Both the position numbers and the translations under genes were made by a program. The notes beneath the pieces were generated by a model that was given only the letters and a program-made list of their open reading frames with translations, searched no databases and was not told the DNA's origin. Positions 1 through 12,012 of a DNA stretch of 64,000 nucleotides are shown here, piece by piece. Numbering within the stretch: the first letter of the stretch is position 1; every line of letters begins with the position of its first letter. Source of the stretch: an uncultured Candidatus Binatia bacterium (GTDB lineage Bacteria > Desulfobacterota > Binatia > UBA9968 > JAJDTQ01); assembly GCA_964291295.2 (NCBI GenBank), contig OZ219754.1:320001-384000 (forward strand), read 5' to 3'.

Positions 1-897
1 CGCTTGAAGGGTCTGATCACGGTGAAGGACATCGAGAAGAAGACCCGCCACCCGATGGCCTGCAAGGACGACCGCGGGCAACTCCGGGTGGGCGCCGCCG
101 TGGGCGTGGGGGCCGACCGGGAGGAGCGCATCGACGCGCTGGTACGGTCCGGCGCCGACGTGATCGCGGTGGACACGGCCCACGGCCACGCCCGCAAGGT
201 GCTGGAGACGGTGGCGCAGATTCGCCGCGACTATCCGGAACTGGAGATCATCGGCGGCAACGTGGCCACGGCCCGGGGCGCCCAGGCACTTGTGGACGCC
301 GGCGTCAACGGCGTCAAGGTGGGTGTCGGACCCGGCTCCATCTGCACCACCCGGGTGGTCTCGGGGGTGGGCGTGCCCCAGCTCAGCGCCATTGCCGACT
401 GTGCCCGGATCGGCGCCCGCACCGGCGTCCCGCTGGTGTCCGACGGCGGCATCAAGTACTCCGGCGACATCACCAAGGCACTGGCGGCCGGCGCCAGCTC
501 CGTAATGATCGGCACGTTGTTCGGGGGCTGCGAGGAAAGCCCCGGCGAAACCGTGCTCTACCAGGGCCGTACCTACAAGGTCTACCGCGGCATGGGCTCC
601 CTCGGCGCCATGCGCGAAGGCAGCCGCGACCGTTACGCCCAGGATGAGATCGAGGAGGATGTGAAGCTCGTCCCGGAAGGGGTCGAAGGCCAAGTGCCCT
701 ACCGCGGCACCTTGGCGGCCAACGTCTATCAACTCATCGGCGGCGTGCGCGCCGGCATGGGCTATGTCGGCTGCGGCAACATCGAAGAGCTCCAGGCCAG
801 GGCGCGGTTCATGCAGGTCACCGCCGCCGGCCTTACCGAAGGCCACGTTCACGACGTCTTCATCACCAATGAAGCGCCCAACTACCGCAGAGAGTGA
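1..897 (+). CDS. guaB: IMP dehydrogenase (5' part outside window)
   Basis: [20 protein letters not shown] and [10 protein letters not shown] motifs; directly upstream of guaA. Confidence 0.97.
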   Translation, partial: RLKGLITVKDIEKKTRHPMACKDDRGQLRVGAAVGVGADREERIDALVRSGADVIAVDTAHGHARKVLETVAQIRRDYPELEIIGGNVATARGAQALVDAGVNGVKVGVGPGSICTTRVVSGVGVPQLSAIADCARIGARTGVPLVSDGGIKYSGDITKALAAGASSVMIGTLFGGCEESPGETVLYQGRTYKVYRGMGSLGAMREGSRDRYAQDEIEEDVKLVPEGVEGQVPYRGTLAANVYQLIGGVRAGMGYVGCGNIEELQARARFMQVTAAGLTEGHVHDVFITNEAPNYRRE

Positions 898-2426
898 TCG
901 TCGTTCTTGATTTCGGGTCGCAGTACACGCAACTCATCGCACGCCGTGTCCGGGAAGCGCGTGTCTACTGCGAAATCCACCGCTTCGATACGCCGGTGGA
1001 AAGCCTGGCCCGCCTGGAGCCCGACGGCATCATCCTGTCCGGCGGACCCGCCAGTGTCTATGCCGGCGGCGCCCCCTCGGTGGGAGCGGAGCTGTTCCGG
1101 CTGCGCGTGCCCTTTCTGGGCATCTGCTACGGCATGGGTGTCATCAACCAGGCCATGGGAGGCTCGGTGGCAAAGGCCGCCCGGCGCGAGTACGGTCTCG
1201 CCGACCTCCACATCGACGATGACACCGATCTGTTCGCCGGCCTTGAGCAGGGGGACGGCCAGAGCGTGTGGATGAGCCACGGCGACCGGATGACATCCCT
1301 GCCCGAGCACTGGTCGGTAATCGCGCATACCGGGAACTCCCCCATCGCCGCCTTTGCCGACGACCGGCGCCTTTTCTACGGCCTCCAGTTTCATCCCGAA
1401 GTGGCGCACACCCGGAACGGGCGGACCATGCTGGAGAACTTTCTGTTCCGCATCTGCCGGTGCGCCGCCGACTGGGACATGGAGCACTTCGCCACCGCCG
1501 CGGTGGAGAAGATTCGCCGGCAGGTGGGCGGCGGACGGGTACTGTGCGGCCTGAGCGGCGGGGTGGATTCATCGGTGGCCGCCACCTTGGTGCACCGCGC
1601 CATCGGCGACCGGCTCGCATGCCTTTTCGTCAACAACGGGCTGCTGCGGCAGGGGGAGCCCGAAGCGGTGTACGAGGTCATGAGTCGACGTTTCGGCGCG
1701 GGGTTTCACTACGTGGACGCCTCCCCGCGGTTCCTCGACGTGCTGGCCGGGGTGGAAGACCCCGAAGACAAGCGCAAGCGCATCGGCAATCTGTTCATCC
1801 GCGTGTTCGAGGAAGAGACCCGCAAGCTCGGCGACTTTCCGTTCCTGTGCCAGGGAACCCTCTACCCCGACGTCATCGAATCGGTTGCCCATGCCGGGCC
1901 GTCCGCGCTGATAAAGAGCCACCACAACGTCGGCGGGCTCCCGAAGCAGATGAAGTTCGAACTGGTGGAGCCCCTGCGGGAACTCTTCAAGGACGAAGTG
2001 CGCGTGTTGGGGCAGGAACTGGACCTGCCGCACAAGTGGATCCACCGGCAGCCCTTCCCGGGCCCGGGTCTGGCCATCCGCATCCTCGGCGACGTCACCG
2101 CGGAACGGCTGCGGATCCTGCGGGCCGCGGACGCCATCGTGGTGGAGGAGGTCCGCGGCGCCGGGCTCTACGAGAGCCTCTGGCAGTCCTTCGCCGTGCT
2201 GCTGCCCATCCGCACCGTGGGTGTCATGGGCGACGAGCGCACTTACGAGAACGTCGCCGCCGTGCGGGCGGTGGACAGCCGGGACGGCATGACCGCCGAC
2301 TGGGTTCCGCTGCCCGCCGAGCTGCTGGGCCGCATCTCCAACCGCATCATCAACGAGGTGCCGGGCATCAACCGGGTGGTCTACGATATCTCGTCCAAGC
2401 CCCCGGCCACCATCGAATGGGAATGA
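894..2426 (+). CDS. guaA: GMP synthase (glutamine-hydrolysing)
   Basis: [27 protein letters not shown] and C-terminal [10 protein letters not shown]. Confidence 0.98.
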   Translation: MIVVLDFGSQYTQLIARRVREARVYCEIHRFDTPVESLARLEPDGIILSGGPASVYAGGAPSVGAELFRLRVPFLGICYGMGVINQAMGGSVAKAARREYGLADLHIDDDTDLFAGLEQGDGQSVWMSHGDRMTSLPEHWSVIAHTGNSPIAAFADDRRLFYGLQFHPEVAHTRNGRTMLENFLFRICRCAADWDMEHFATAAVEKIRRQVGGGRVLCGLSGGVDSSVAATLVHRAIGDRLACLFVNNGLLRQGEPEAVYEVMSRRFGAGFHYVDASPRFLDVLAGVEDPEDKRKRIGNLFIRVFEEETRKLGDFPFLCQGTLYPDVIESVAHAGPSALIKSHHNVGGLPKQMKFELVEPLRELFKDEVRVLGQELDLPHKWIHRQPFPGPGLAIRILGDVTAERLRILRAADAIVVEEVRGAGLYESLWQSFAVLLPIRTVGVMGDERTYENVAAVRAVDSRDGMTADWVPLPAELLGRISNRIINEVPGINRVVYDISSKPPATIEWE

Positions 2427-5400
2427 CGCGCGTGAATCAGAGCTTCGTACACCTTCACTGCCACACCCAGTACAGCCTGCTGGATGGCGCCAACAAGATC
2501 GACCCGCTGATCGAGCGGGCCAGGAGTCACGGGCAACCGGCCGTGGCCATGACCGATCACGGCAACATGTTCGGTGCGGTGGAGTTCTACCGGAAGGCGG
2601 CGGCGGCGGGCATCAAGCCGATCCTGGGCTGCGAGGTATACGTGGCCCCGGGCCACCGCCACGAACGCCAGGGGGTCGACCGCGGCAACCGGGAGTACAA
2701 CCACCACCTGATCCTGCTGGCCATGAACCACGAGGGCTACCGCAACCTGTGCCGGCTGGTCACCCGGGGCTACACCGAAGGATTCTACTACAAGCCGCGG
2801 ATCGACAAGGAGCTGCTGCGGGAGTTCAACGAAGGCATCATCGCCCTGAGCGGCTGCCTGAGCGGCGAGATGGCCAAGGCCTTGAGCCTGGGTTCCATGG
2901 AACAGGCCCGGAAGGTGGCGGAGGCCTACCGGGCCATCTTCGACGACCGCTACTACCTTGAGGTCCAGGACAACAAGCTGCCCCTGCAGGAAAAGGTCAA
3001 CGCGGGCATCCTGGAACTGGGCAAGGAGCTGTCGCTTCCCATCGTGGCCACCAACGACTGCCACTACCTCGACCCCGAGGATGCCCATGCCCACGACGTG
3101 CTGCTCTGCATCCAGACCGGCAAGGGCCACAACGACCCCAACCGGATGAAGATGGACACCAATGAGCTCTACCTCAAATCCACCGAGCAGATGCGGGAAG
3201 GGTTCGCACATCTGCCGGAGGCGGTGGAGCAGAGCGTGGCCATCGCGGAACGCTGCGACGTGGAGATCGAGTTCGGCAACTACCACTTTCCACACTACGA
3301 GGCGCCGAACGCCGAGAGCCTCGACGACTACCTGGACGCGTGCGCCCGCGAGGGTCTCCGTCGCCGTCTCAAGGACGCCGGCGCCGTCGACCGCGACGCC
3401 TATCGGGCACGGCTCGACTACGAGCTGGATGTCATCAAGAGCATGCAGTTTCCGGGATATTTCCTCATCGTCGCGGACTTCATCAACCATGCGAAGGACA
3501 AGGGCATTCCGGTGGGTCCGGGACGCGGCTCCGCCGCCGGCAGCCTGGTGGCCTATGCCCTGCGCATCACCGACCTCGATCCGATTCGGCACAATCTGCT
3601 GTTCGAGCGCTTCCTGAACCCGGAACGGCGCTCCATGCCGGACATCGACGTGGACTTCTGCATCCGCGGCCGCGATCAGGTGATCCAGTACGTCAAGGAC
3701 AAGTACGGCGCCGACAAGGTGGCCCAGATCACCACCTTCGGGACCCTGAAGGCCAAGGCGGCCATCCGCGACGTGGGCCGCGCACTGGGCTTGTCCTTTG
3801 CCGAGACCGACGCCATCGCCAAGCTGGTGCCGGCTTCCAGGCAGGGGTTCGACTGCCCGCTCACGGAGGCACTGAAGCAGGAGCCGCGGCTCAATCAGCT
3901 GGCGGACGACGACCCGCGCGTGGCCAACCTCATCAACCACGCGCTGCGGCTGGAGGGCCTCACCCGGCACTCGTCGACCCATGCCGCCGGGGTGGTCATC
4001 GCCAACCGCCCGCTGGTGGACCATCTGCCGTTGTACGTAGACCGGGACGGCGGTATCGTCACCCAATACGACATGTCGAGCGTGGAGAAGATCGGCCTCA
4101 TCAAGTTCGACTTCCTGGGCCTCAAGACGCTGACGCTCCTCCACGACTGCCTGGACCTGGTACGGGAGAGCCGCGGCACCGCGCCGGACCTCGAGACCCT
4201 GCCCCTGGACGACCCGGACGCCTACGGCCTGGTGGGAAGCGGCAATACCACCGGGATCTTCCAACTGGAAAGCACGGGCATCCGGGCCATGAGCGTGCGC
4301 ATCAAGCCCGACTGTTTCGAGGATCTGGTGGCCATCCTCGCCCTCTACCGTCCCGGACCGCTCGACAGCGGCATGGCGGAGGAATACATCAAGCGCAAGA
4401 GCGGCACGGAGAAGACATCCTACCTGCACCCGGCCCTGGGTCCCATCCTCAAGGACACCTACGGCGTCATTGTCTATCAGGAACAGGTGATGCAGATCGC
4501 CCAGACCATGGCCGACTACAGTCTCGGGGACGCCGACATCCTGCGCCGCGCCATGGGCAAGAAGGACCCGGAGGAGATGGCCAGCCAGCGGCGGCGGTTC
4601 ATCGAGGGGGCGCGCGCCAACGGCGTGCGGGACGATCACGCCACCGCGATCTTCGACCAGATGGAGACCTTTGCGCGGTACGGCTTCAACAAGTCCCATT
4701 CCGCCGCCTACGCGCTGGTTTCCTATCACACGGCCTGGCTGAAGGCCCACTACCCGGTGGAGTTCATGGCGGCCTTGATGAGTTCGGAGATGGGCGACAC
4801 CGACAAGGTCATCAAGAACCTCGCCGAGTGCCGCGAGCAGGGTGTGGAGGTGCTGCCTCCGGACGTCAACGAGGGCGGCGCCGAGTTCACGGTGACGGGC
4901 GAGCGGATCCGCTTCGGCCTGTCAGCGGTGAAGAACGTCGGCGGCAAGGCCGTCGATGCCATCAAGGAAACCCGCGACCGCAGCGGACCTTTCGAGTCGC
5001 TCTTCGATTTCTGCCGGCGCGTGGACCTCAAGGTGGTCAACCGGCGGGTGGTGGAAAGCCTGATCAAGTGCGGCGCCTTCGACTCCACCGGCGTCTACCG
5101 CGCGCGCCTCATGGTGGCGCTGGACGACGCGCTGAAGGCGGGCCAGTCGTCCCAGCGGGACCGGGACAGCTCCCAGTTCGGCATGTTCGACCTGCTCGAG
5201 GTGCCGACAGCCGATCCCATGGACGCCTACACCTCCGTGGAGGAATGGACCGGAGGCCAACTGCTGGCGTTCGAGAAGGAAACCCTCGGCTTCTACATCA
5301 CCGGCCATCCGCTGGACCGGTTCGAGGACTCCTGCCGTCGCCTCGGCGTGGTGACGGCGAACCAGGTCCGGGAGCACGGCAGCAACGGCGAGGTGACCAT

Positions 5401-5902
5401 GGTGGGCGTGGTGACGGCGCTCAAGCTCAGGAACACCAAGAAGGGCGAGCGATACGCCAGCTTCAATCTCGAGGACAAGAGCGGATTCGTGGATACCATC
5501 GCGTGGCCCGACACCTACCGGCAGGCGGCCGACTGCATCGGACGCGACGACCCTATCCGGGTCAAGGGCAGACTCGACGCGGGCGAAGAGCGCGTCACCC
5601 TGATCGCCAACGACATCCTGCCGCTGGAGGAGGCCTGCGCCCAGACCATCGCCGCGCCTTCGAGCGCACCCCCCCGGGAGGTGCACTTCTACCTGAAGGA
5701 GATCAGCCGCCCGGAGTTGCAGCGCTTCCATGACCTCATCGCCGGCGCGCAGGGACAGGCGTCCGTCTATCTGCACATGACCACACCCGACCGGGAGACC
5801 CGGGTGATCGGACCCGCCAACTTCCGCATCAACCCGTCGAAGAGACTCCTGGACACCGTGCACCGTACCTTCGGCGCCCGCATCACGGCGAGAAGAAACT
5901 GA
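2423..5902 (+). CDS. dnaE: DNA polymerase III alpha subunit
   Basis: [18 protein letters not shown] domain, [25 protein letters not shown]. Start placed at ATG 2423, overlapping the guaA stop (ATGA). Confidence 0.97.
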   Translation: MTRVNQSFVHLHCHTQYSLLDGANKIDPLIERARSHGQPAVAMTDHGNMFGAVEFYRKAAAAGIKPILGCEVYVAPGHRHERQGVDRGNREYNHHLILLAMNHEGYRNLCRLVTRGYTEGFYYKPRIDKELLREFNEGIIALSGCLSGEMAKALSLGSMEQARKVAEAYRAIFDDRYYLEVQDNKLPLQEKVNAGILELGKELSLPIVATNDCHYLDPEDAHAHDVLLCIQTGKGHNDPNRMKMDTNELYLKSTEQMREGFAHLPEAVEQSVAIAERCDVEIEFGNYHFPHYEAPNAESLDDYLDACAREGLRRRLKDAGAVDRDAYRARLDYELDVIKSMQFPGYFLIVADFINHAKDKGIPVGPGRGSAAGSLVAYALRITDLDPIRHNLLFERFLNPERRSMPDIDVDFCIRGRDQVIQYVKDKYGADKVAQITTFGTLKAKAAIRDVGRALGLSFAETDAIAKLVPASRQGFDCPLTEALKQEPRLNQLADDDPRVANLINHALRLEGLTRHSSTHAAGVVIANRPLVDHLPLYVDRDGGIVTQYDMSSVEKIGLIKFDFLGLKTLTLLHDCLDLVRESRGTAPDLETLPLDDPDAYGLVGSGNTTGIFQLESTGIRAMSVRIKPDCFEDLVAILALYRPGPLDSGMAEEYIKRKSGTEKTSYLHPALGPILKDTYGVIVYQEQVMQIAQTMADYSLGDADILRRAMGKKDPEEMASQRRRFIEGARANGVRDDHATAIFDQMETFARYGFNKSHSAAYALVSYHTAWLKAHYPVEFMAALMSSEMGDTDKVIKNLAECREQGVEVLPPDVNEGGAEFTVTGERIRFGLSAVKNVGGKAVDAIKETRDRSGPFESLFDFCRRVDLKVVNRRVVESLIKCGAFDSTGVYRARLMVALDDALKAGQSSQRDRDSSQFGMFDLLEVPTADPMDAYTSVEEWTGGQLLAFEKETLGFYITGHPLDRFEDSCRRLGVVTANQVREHGSNGEVTMVGVVTALKLRNTKKGERYASFNLEDKSGFVDTIAWPDTYRQAADCIGRDDPIRVKGRLDAGEERVTLIANDILPLEEACAQTIAAPSSAPPREVHFYLKEISRPELQRFHDLIAGAQGQASVYLHMTTPDRETRVIGPANFRINPSKRLLDTVHRTFGARITARRN

Positions 5903-7194
5903 TGGATACCGGACGCGAGGAACGGAACGGGCCGGCAGGGCGGGTGGAGCGTACGCTGCTGGTAGGGGCGGAGACCGCGGCTGCCGGCGGCGATGTGCCG
6001 CTGGAGGACAGCCTGGAGGAACTCCGGGGACTCGCCGCCAGCGCCGGCGCCGAGGTTATCGGCGTGTTCAGCCAGAGTTCGGGGAGAGTCCGTGCCGCCA
6101 CCCTGGTGGGATCCGGAAAGGTCGAGGAGGTTCGCGCCTTTGCCGTGGAACAGCGCGCCGACCTGGTCATCTTCGACAACGACCTGACGCCGGCGCAGCA
6201 ACGAAACCTGGAGGCGTCGTTGGGCCTGCGGGTGATCGACCGTACCCAGCTTATTCTGGACATCTTCGCCCAGCGCGCCCGCAGCCGCGAAGGCAAGCTC
6301 CAGGTGGAACTCGCCCAACTCCAGTACCTGCTGCCCCGGCTGACCCGACTCTGGTCCCACCTTTCCCGGCTGGCCGGCGGGATCGGCACCCGCGGTCCGG
6401 GTGAGACCCAGCTCGAGGTGGACCGCAGGCGCATCCGGGAGCGCATCGGCCGCCTCAAGCGGCGCCTGGAGGACGTCGCCAGAACCCGGCGGTTGCAGCG
6501 CAAGGAGCGCGAATCCATCCCCTGCCCCACGGTGGCGCTGGTAGGCTACACCAACTCGGGCAAGTCCACCCTGATGAACCGCATCACCGGGGCCGGAGTG
6601 CTGGTGGAGGACAAACTCTTCGCCACCCTCGACCCCAGAACCCGGGCACTGCGGCTGCCCGACGGCGAACAGGTGATGCTGGTGGACACCGTAGGCTTCA
6701 TCAACAAGATTCCCCACACCCTCATGGACGCATTCAAGGCCACCCTGGAGGAGGTACGTCAGGCAGACCTGCTGCTCTGCGTGATGGACCCCACCAGTCC
6801 GCTGGCCGAACAGCAGTTCGCCATCGTCGACTCGGTGCTGGACGACATCGGCGCGGGCGAGACCGCCCGGCTGGTGGTGCCCAACAAGATCGACGTCGCC
6901 GAGGGCCTTCCGGTCTACCCGCAGAACGGCCACGAGGGTGTCTGCCCCATCTCGGCCCGCACCGGCGCGGGTATCGACAGGCTGCTGGAAACCATCGGCG
7001 GGCTGCTGGACCGGGGAAAGCAGACCCTCCGCCTGACGCTGCCGCAATCCGAGAGTGTCATCATCCCGTTCCTGCGTGCCCGGGGGCGCGTGCTCGCCGA
7101 GGAGTACGCCGGCGGCGACGTACACATCACCGCGCGGGTGACCGCAAAGGTCTCGGGACAGCTCCGGAAACTTGCCGCCGCCCCGCGCCATTGA
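5902..7194 (+). CDS. hflX: GTPase HflX
   Basis: [36 protein letters not shown]. Confidence 0.96.
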   Translation: MDTGREERNGPAGRVERTLLVGAETAAAGGDVPLEDSLEELRGLAASAGAEVIGVFSQSSGRVRAATLVGSGKVEEVRAFAVEQRADLVIFDNDLTPAQQRNLEASLGLRVIDRTQLILDIFAQRARSREGKLQVELAQLQYLLPRLTRLWSHLSRLAGGIGTRGPGETQLEVDRRRIRERIGRLKRRLEDVARTRRLQRKERESIPCPTVALVGYTNSGKSTLMNRITGAGVLVEDKLFATLDPRTRALRLPDGEQVMLVDTVGFINKIPHTLMDAFKATLEEVRQADLLLCVMDPTSPLAEQQFAIVDSVLDDIGAGETARLVVPNKIDVAEGLPVYPQNGHEGVCPISARTGAGIDRLLETIGGLLDRGKQTLRLTLPQSESVIIPFLRARGRVLAEEYAGGDVHITARVTAKVSGQLRKLAAAPRH

Positions 7195-7222
7195 CAGGAC
7201 CCCCTGCGTTTGGTAATAAATT
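7191..7222 (+). promoter_or_regulatory. putative sigma70 promoter upstream of tRNA-Val/thrS
   Basis: Perfect TTGACA at 7191-7196, then 17 nt, then AT-rich TAATAAATT. Confidence 0.45.
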
Positions 7223-7266
7223 CAGACCCTTGCGAATACGCGCGAAGGCGCACCCGAAGGTGCGTT

Positions 7267-7366
7267 GTGTTGTGTACCGTGTGTTGTGTACCGTGTTGCT
7301 TGATGCGTCGTGCCTTCGTCGCGTACAACACCGTGTGTTGAGCCCTTTGGTGTGTTGAGCCCTTTG
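7267..7366. repeat. two short tandem duplications (14 bp x2; 17 bp x2)
   Basis: GTGTTGTGTACCGT at 7267 and 7281; GTGTGTTGAGCCCTTTG at 7333 and 7350. Confidence 0.85.
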
Positions 7367-7403
7367 TCGAGTCCCGTATCAGGTCTTTTGTTGAGTCTTA
7401 TCG

Positions 7404-7478
7404 AGGCACGTAGCTCAGTGGGAGAGCGCTTCCTTGACGCGGAAGAGGTCGGCGGTTCAATCCCGCCCGTGCCTACCA
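7404..7478 (+). tRNA. tRNA-Val(GAC)
   Basis: Acceptor AGGCACG/CGTGCCT, anticodon arm CTTCC-TTGACGC-GGAAG, GGTTCAA T-loop, encoded CCA. Confidence 0.96.
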
Positions 7479-7550
7479 GCCCGTGCCCGCCATTTTCCCG
7501 TTGACCTGCCGTCGAGAACGAGTCTCCTTGCCGGCGACCGCCAGGACAGC

Positions 7551-9467
7551 ATGAAGAAGATCCGCGTGACCGTGGCCGGCGGCGAAGTCATTGAGGCCGC
7601 TCCCGGCACCCGAGCCGGAGACATCGGGATGTCGCCTTCCGATTGCCGACGCATTGTTGCGGCCAAGGTGGACGGCGCCGCCGTGGACCTTGCCCGGCCG
7701 ATAACCGGGGACTGCGCCATTGAACGGATTCCCCTCGACAGCCCCGAGGGCATCGACATCCTGCGCCATTCCACCGCCCACCTGATGGCCCAGGCGGTTC
7801 AGAGCCTGTTTCCCGACACCCAGGTGACCATCGGCCCCACCACTCGGGATGGCTTCTACTACGACTTCAAGCGCGACAAACCGTTCACGCCGGAGGAGGT
7901 CGAAAAGATCGAGGAAAGGATGCGCGAACTGGCCGGGCAGGATATTTCCATCGCCCGCGAGGAGTTGCCCCGGGCGGAGGCCATCGCGCTGTTCCGCGGC
8001 ATGGGGGAGGACTACAAGGTCGAGATCCTCTCATCCATTCCCGACGACACCGTTTCGCTCTATCGCCAGGGCGGCTGGATCGATCTATGCCGCGGACCCC
8101 ATCTGCCCAGCACCGGGTTCATCCAGGCCTTCAAGCTCACCTCGGTGGCCGGGGCCTACTGGCGCGGCGACGAGAAGAACGAGATGCTCCAGCGCATCTA
8201 CGGCACCGCGTTCCCGTCCCGGAAGCAGTTGAAGCAGCACCTGGCGCTGCTCGAGGAGGCACGCAAGCGGGACCATCGCAAGCTCGGCAAGGAACTGGAT
8301 CTCTTCAGCTTCCATCCGGCGGCCCCGGCAAGCCCGTTCTTCCATCCCAAGGGAGCCCTGCTCCACAACACCCTGCTGGAGTACATGCGCGGCCTGTACC
8401 GGCGCTACGGCTACGAGGAGGTGATCACGCCCCAGATATTCGACGCCAGCCTGTGGCACCGCTCCGGGCACTACGACCACTACAAGGACAACATGTACTT
8501 CACCCGCATCGACGAGCGCGAGTTCGGGGTGAAGCCCATGAACTGCCCGAGCCACACGTTCATCTACGCATCGAAGAAGCGCTCCTATCGGGACCTGCCG
8601 TTGCGCCTGGCTGACTTCGGGAGGCTGCACCGCTACGAGAAGTCCGGAGTCACCGCGGGGCTCACCCGGGTGCGCAGCTTCTCGCAGGACGATGCCCACA
8701 TCTTCTGCACCCCGCCGCAGATCGAGGAGGAAGTCGACCGCCTGCTTGACATGCTCCGCGAGGTGTATCATAGGTTCAACTTCGAAGATCCGGAGGTCTT
8801 CCTCTCCACAAGGCCGGACCAATACCTGGGGGCTCTGGAAACGTGGGAGCGGGCCGAGGCCGCACTGGCCGCATCGCTGAAGAAACGGAACGCAGCCTAT
8901 GAGATCAGCGAAGGCGACGGGGCCTTTTATGGCCCGAAGATCGATTTCGTCGTCAAGGACGCGATGAAGCGTGGCTGGCAGCTCGGCACCGTCCAGCTCG
9001 ACTTCTCCATGCCCGAAAGGTTCGACCTTGGTTATGTCTCGCCTGCCGGAGACCTTGAACGGCCGGTGATGATTCACAGGGCGATTCTCGGCTCCATCGA
9101 ACGCTTCATGGCGTTGTTGATCGAGCACACCGGAGGGGCCTTTCCCCTGTGGCTGGCCCCGGTGCAGTCGCGCATCGTGACCGTCACGGATCGGCAGAAA
9201 CCGTACGCCGCCACCGTGCGCGACCGGCTGCTGGCGGACGGATGGCGGGTGGAACTGGACGAGCGCAACGAGAAGCTCGGCTTCAAGATCAGGGAAGCAC
9301 AGGTGGCGAGGATCCCTTACGCGCTGGTCATCGGCGACAACGAAGTGCAGCATGGCACGCTGTCGGCGCGGAAGCGCGGCGGCGAGAACCTTCCGGCCAT
9401 GTCCGTCGAGGCGTTCCTCGGCAGGTTGCGGGACGACCTGCGGCAGGAAACGGAGCCGGTCCGGTGA
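7551..9467 (+). CDS. thrS: threonine--tRNA ligase
   Basis: RHSTAHLMAQAV, DLCRGPH, KPMNCP, GAFYGPKID; start placed at ATG 7551. Confidence 0.97.
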   Translation: MKKIRVTVAGGEVIEAAPGTRAGDIGMSPSDCRRIVAAKVDGAAVDLARPITGDCAIERIPLDSPEGIDILRHSTAHLMAQAVQSLFPDTQVTIGPTTRDGFYYDFKRDKPFTPEEVEKIEERMRELAGQDISIAREELPRAEAIALFRGMGEDYKVEILSSIPDDTVSLYRQGGWIDLCRGPHLPSTGFIQAFKLTSVAGAYWRGDEKNEMLQRIYGTAFPSRKQLKQHLALLEEARKRDHRKLGKELDLFSFHPAAPASPFFHPKGALLHNTLLEYMRGLYRRYGYEEVITPQIFDASLWHRSGHYDHYKDNMYFTRIDEREFGVKPMNCPSHTFIYASKKRSYRDLPLRLADFGRLHRYEKSGVTAGLTRVRSFSQDDAHIFCTPPQIEEEVDRLLDMLREVYHRFNFEDPEVFLSTRPDQYLGALETWERAEAALAASLKKRNAAYEISEGDGAFYGPKIDFVVKDAMKRGWQLGTVQLDFSMPERFDLGYVSPAGDLERPVMIHRAILGSIERFMALLIEHTGGAFPLWLAPVQSRIVTVTDRQKPYAATVRDRLLADGWRVELDERNEKLGFKIREAQVARIPYALVIGDNEVQHGTLSARKRGGENLPAMSVEAFLGRLRDDLRQETEPVR

Positions 9468-9498
9468 TACCGGGTCAGCTTTTTACAGGAGGTGCCTT

Positions 9499-10014
9499 AT
9501 AGCGCGGCCCACAAGAATCAACCAGCAGATCCGGGCACGCGAGGTTCGCGTCATCGATGCGGACAGCGGGCAACTCGGGGTCATGCCGTTGCATGAAGCA
9601 CTGGGCATCGCCGAGCAGAAGGAACTCGATCTGGTGGAAGTGGCCCCGGACGCGCAGCCGCCGGTGTGCCGCCTGCTGGACTACGGCAAGTTTCGCTACC
9701 TGCAGAAGAAGAAGACCCAGGAGGCGAAACGGAACGCCACTTTCGTTGCCGTCAAGGAAGTCAAGATGGGGGCCCGGACCAACCAGCACGACCGGGACTT
9801 CAAGATCAGGAACATCCGGCGCTTCCTCGAACGGGGACAGCGTGTCAAGGTGTCGGTGTTCTTTCGCGGCCGGGAGATCACGCACCCGGAGCTCGGCCGG
9901 GCCATGCTCAACGGTGTCTTCGATGAAGTGCAGGATCTGGCGAAACTGGACGTGTCGCCGAAGCTGGAGGGCCGGAACATGGCCATGCTTCTGACACCCA
10001 AGGCCAACGCCTGA
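9499..10014 (+). CDS. infC: translation initiation factor IF-3 (ATA start)
   Basis: RINQQIRAREVRVI, DLVEVAP, PPVCRLLDYGKF, FRGRE; AGGAGGT at 9487-9493 precedes in-frame ATA at 9499. Confidence 0.93.
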   Translation: MARPTRINQQIRAREVRVIDADSGQLGVMPLHEALGIAEQKELDLVEVAPDAQPPVCRLLDYGKFRYLQKKKTQEAKRNATFVAVKEVKMGARTNQHDRDFKIRNIRRFLERGQRVKVSVFFRGREITHPELGRAMLNGVFDEVQDLAKLDVSPKLEGRNMAMLLTPKANA

Positions 10015-10045
10015 CACGAAACCGCTGAAGACAAGGAAATCCACG

Positions 10046-10243
10046 ATGCCCAAGATGAAGACAAAGAGGGGGGCCGCCAAGAGGTTCAAGGTCAGCAAGA
10101 GCGGAAAGGTCATGAGGCGGCGCGGCTTCACGAGCCATCTTCTGTCCGCCAAGGGCCGGAAGCGGAAACGCCGCCTGAGACAGGCCGAGTCGGTATCGAA
10201 CTGCGAAACCAGGACCATGCGCCGCCTCATTCCCTACCTGTAG
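10046..10243 (+). CDS. rpmI: 50S ribosomal protein L35
   Basis: MPKMKTKRGAAKRFK; position after infC. Confidence 0.97.
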   Translation: MPKMKTKRGAAKRFKVSKSGKVMRRRGFTSHLLSAKGRKRKRRLRQAESVSNCETRTMRRLIPYL

Positions 10244-10380
10244 GGAAAGACCGGCCGGAGACTTGCGTCCCGCGGCACACCGGCGGGACCCGTTGAAACC
10301 ACCACCTGTTCGGAACGAAGTGCCCGGGCGCGCCCTCACCGGCGGCGCCCCCTTCGATATGGGTTCAAGGAGCGAGCGCG

Positions 10381-10752
10381 ATGTCCAGAGTCAAGGGCGG
10401 ACCGGCTTCCCGCCGGCGCCGAAGAAAGATCATGAAGCTGGCCAAGGGGTACGTCGGCGGCCGCCGCAGGCTTTACCGCACGGCCAGGGAGACCGTCGAG
10501 CGCGGGCTGGTCTACGCCTACCGGGACCGGCGGGTGCGCAAGCGAACGTTCCGGGGCTTGTGGAACATACGCATCAGCGCCGGCGCGCGGGTCCACGGAT
10601 TGTCCTACAGCCGACTGATTCACGGCCTGAAGGAGGCCGGGATGGAACTGGACCGCAAGATCCTGGCGGATATCGCGGCATGTGACGCGGCCGCGTTCGA
10701 CCAGATCGCCCAGCGCGCCAAGCTTGCACTCGAGTCCCGGACCCAAGCCTGA
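10381..10752 (+). CDS. rplT: 50S ribosomal protein L20
   Basis: [31 protein letters not shown]. Confidence 0.97.
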   Translation: MSRVKGGPASRRRRRKIMKLAKGYVGGRRRLYRTARETVERGLVYAYRDRRVRKRTFRGLWNIRISAGARVHGLSYSRLIHGLKEAGMELDRKILADIAACDAAAFDQIAQRAKLALESRTQA

Positions 10753-10767
10753 CCTTCGGCCCCGCCC

Positions 10768-11805
10768 ATGATCGAGACTCTCGAGAAGCTCCATGAGGAG
10801 GTCGTCGGGCGCCTTGAGAAGTGCGCCTCGGAACAGGAACTGGAGCAGGTCCGCATCGACTACCTGGGGCGCAAGGGCGGGAAGCTCACCACGCTGCTGC
10901 GCGGGCTCCGGGAACTGCCGGCCGACCAGCGGCCGCAGGCAGGCCAGGAGCTGAACCGGCGGCGGGCCGAATTGGAGAGCCTTCTCGAGGCCCGCCTCAA
11001 GGGTCTCCGGGAAAAGCCGAACCCCCTGTTGGACGGTGCCCCGCGCCTCGACGTCACCCTCCCCGGCAACCGCCCGGAGCGGGGCCGCGTGCATCCCCTC
11101 ACCCGGGTCACGGACGAGATCATCGATGTCTTCACCGGCATGGGTTTCGAGATCGCCCGGGGGCCGGACGTCGAGGACGACTACCACAACTTCGAGGCGC
11201 TGAACATTCCCCGGGATCATCCGGCCCGGGACATGCAGGACACCTTCTTCGTGTCCGCGGATCACGTGCTGCGCACCCACACGTCACCGGTGCAGATCCG
11301 CGTCATGGAGCAACGCCGGCCGCCGCTGCAGGTCATCGCTCCGGGTACCGTCTACCGCCATGACGACGACGCCACCCACTCCCCCGTGTTCCACCAGGTG
11401 GAGGGCTTCATGGTGGACCGCCACATCACCTTCGGGGATCTGAAGGGCGTCCTGACCCACTTCCTGGAACAGATCTTCCAGGACGACGTGCGCGTCCGCT
11501 TCCGCCCGAGCTTCTTCCCGTTCACCGAGCCCAGCGCCGAGGTGGACATCGGCTGCATCCTGTGCCAGGACGCCGGGGACGCGGGCGGCTGCCGCGTGTG
11601 CCGGGGGTCGGGCTGGCTGGAGATCCTCGGCTCGGGAATGATCGACCCCAACGTGTTCCGCTTCGTGCGCTACGATGCCGAGACCTTCTCGGGCTTCGCC
11701 TTCGGCATGGGCGTGGAGCGCATCGCCATGCTGAAGTACGGGATCGACGACATCCGGATGTTCTTCCAGAACGACATCCGCTTCCTGAAACAGTTTCCGG
11801 CCTAG
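10768..11805 (+). CDS. pheS: phenylalanine--tRNA ligase alpha subunit
   Basis: HPARDMQDTF, LRTHTSPVQIR, FPFTEPS, GFAFGMGVERIAM. Confidence 0.97.
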   Translation: MIETLEKLHEEVVGRLEKCASEQELEQVRIDYLGRKGGKLTTLLRGLRELPADQRPQAGQELNRRRAELESLLEARLKGLREKPNPLLDGAPRLDVTLPGNRPERGRVHPLTRVTDEIIDVFTGMGFEIARGPDVEDDYHNFEALNIPRDHPARDMQDTFFVSADHVLRTHTSPVQIRVMEQRRPPLQVIAPGTVYRHDDDATHSPVFHQVEGFMVDRHITFGDLKGVLTHFLEQIFQDDVRVRFRPSFFPFTEPSAEVDIGCILCQDAGDAGGCRVCRGSGWLEILGSGMIDPNVFRFVRYDAETFSGFAFGMGVERIAMLKYGIDDIRMFFQNDIRFLKQFPA

Positions 11806-11986
11806 GAGCCTGTGCCGCAGGACGCTTCGAGGACGCTTCGGGATGTGACCGGTGGGATAGCATGACCAGATTTTCGTCCAAAATGCCAGAAACGTGTAGC
11901 CTTGTCCCATTATTGGACATTGATCGGGCGCCAAGTGGGATTCTGGTGGATCTCTGTCCCACGAAAACTTTCTGCGGCACAGACTC
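11806..11986. mobile_element. 181-bp MITE-like element
   Basis: 15-bp terminal inverted repeats GAGCCTGTGCCGCAG / CTGCGGCACAGACTC (1 mismatch), flanked by CTAG at 11802-11805 and 11987-11990; no transposase inside. Confidence 0.75.
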
Positions 11987-12012
11987 CTAGGGATCTCCCC
12001 GGCAAATCGATC

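Noticed and set aside
1268-2422. 1544-aa ORF suggesting a long N-terminal extension on DnaE
   Set aside because: The extension is an off-frame read of guaA; DnaE homology begins at ATG 2423.
7260-7400. Possible CRISPR array
   Set aside because: The repeats are adjacent tandem pairs with no unique spacers, and no cas genes are present.
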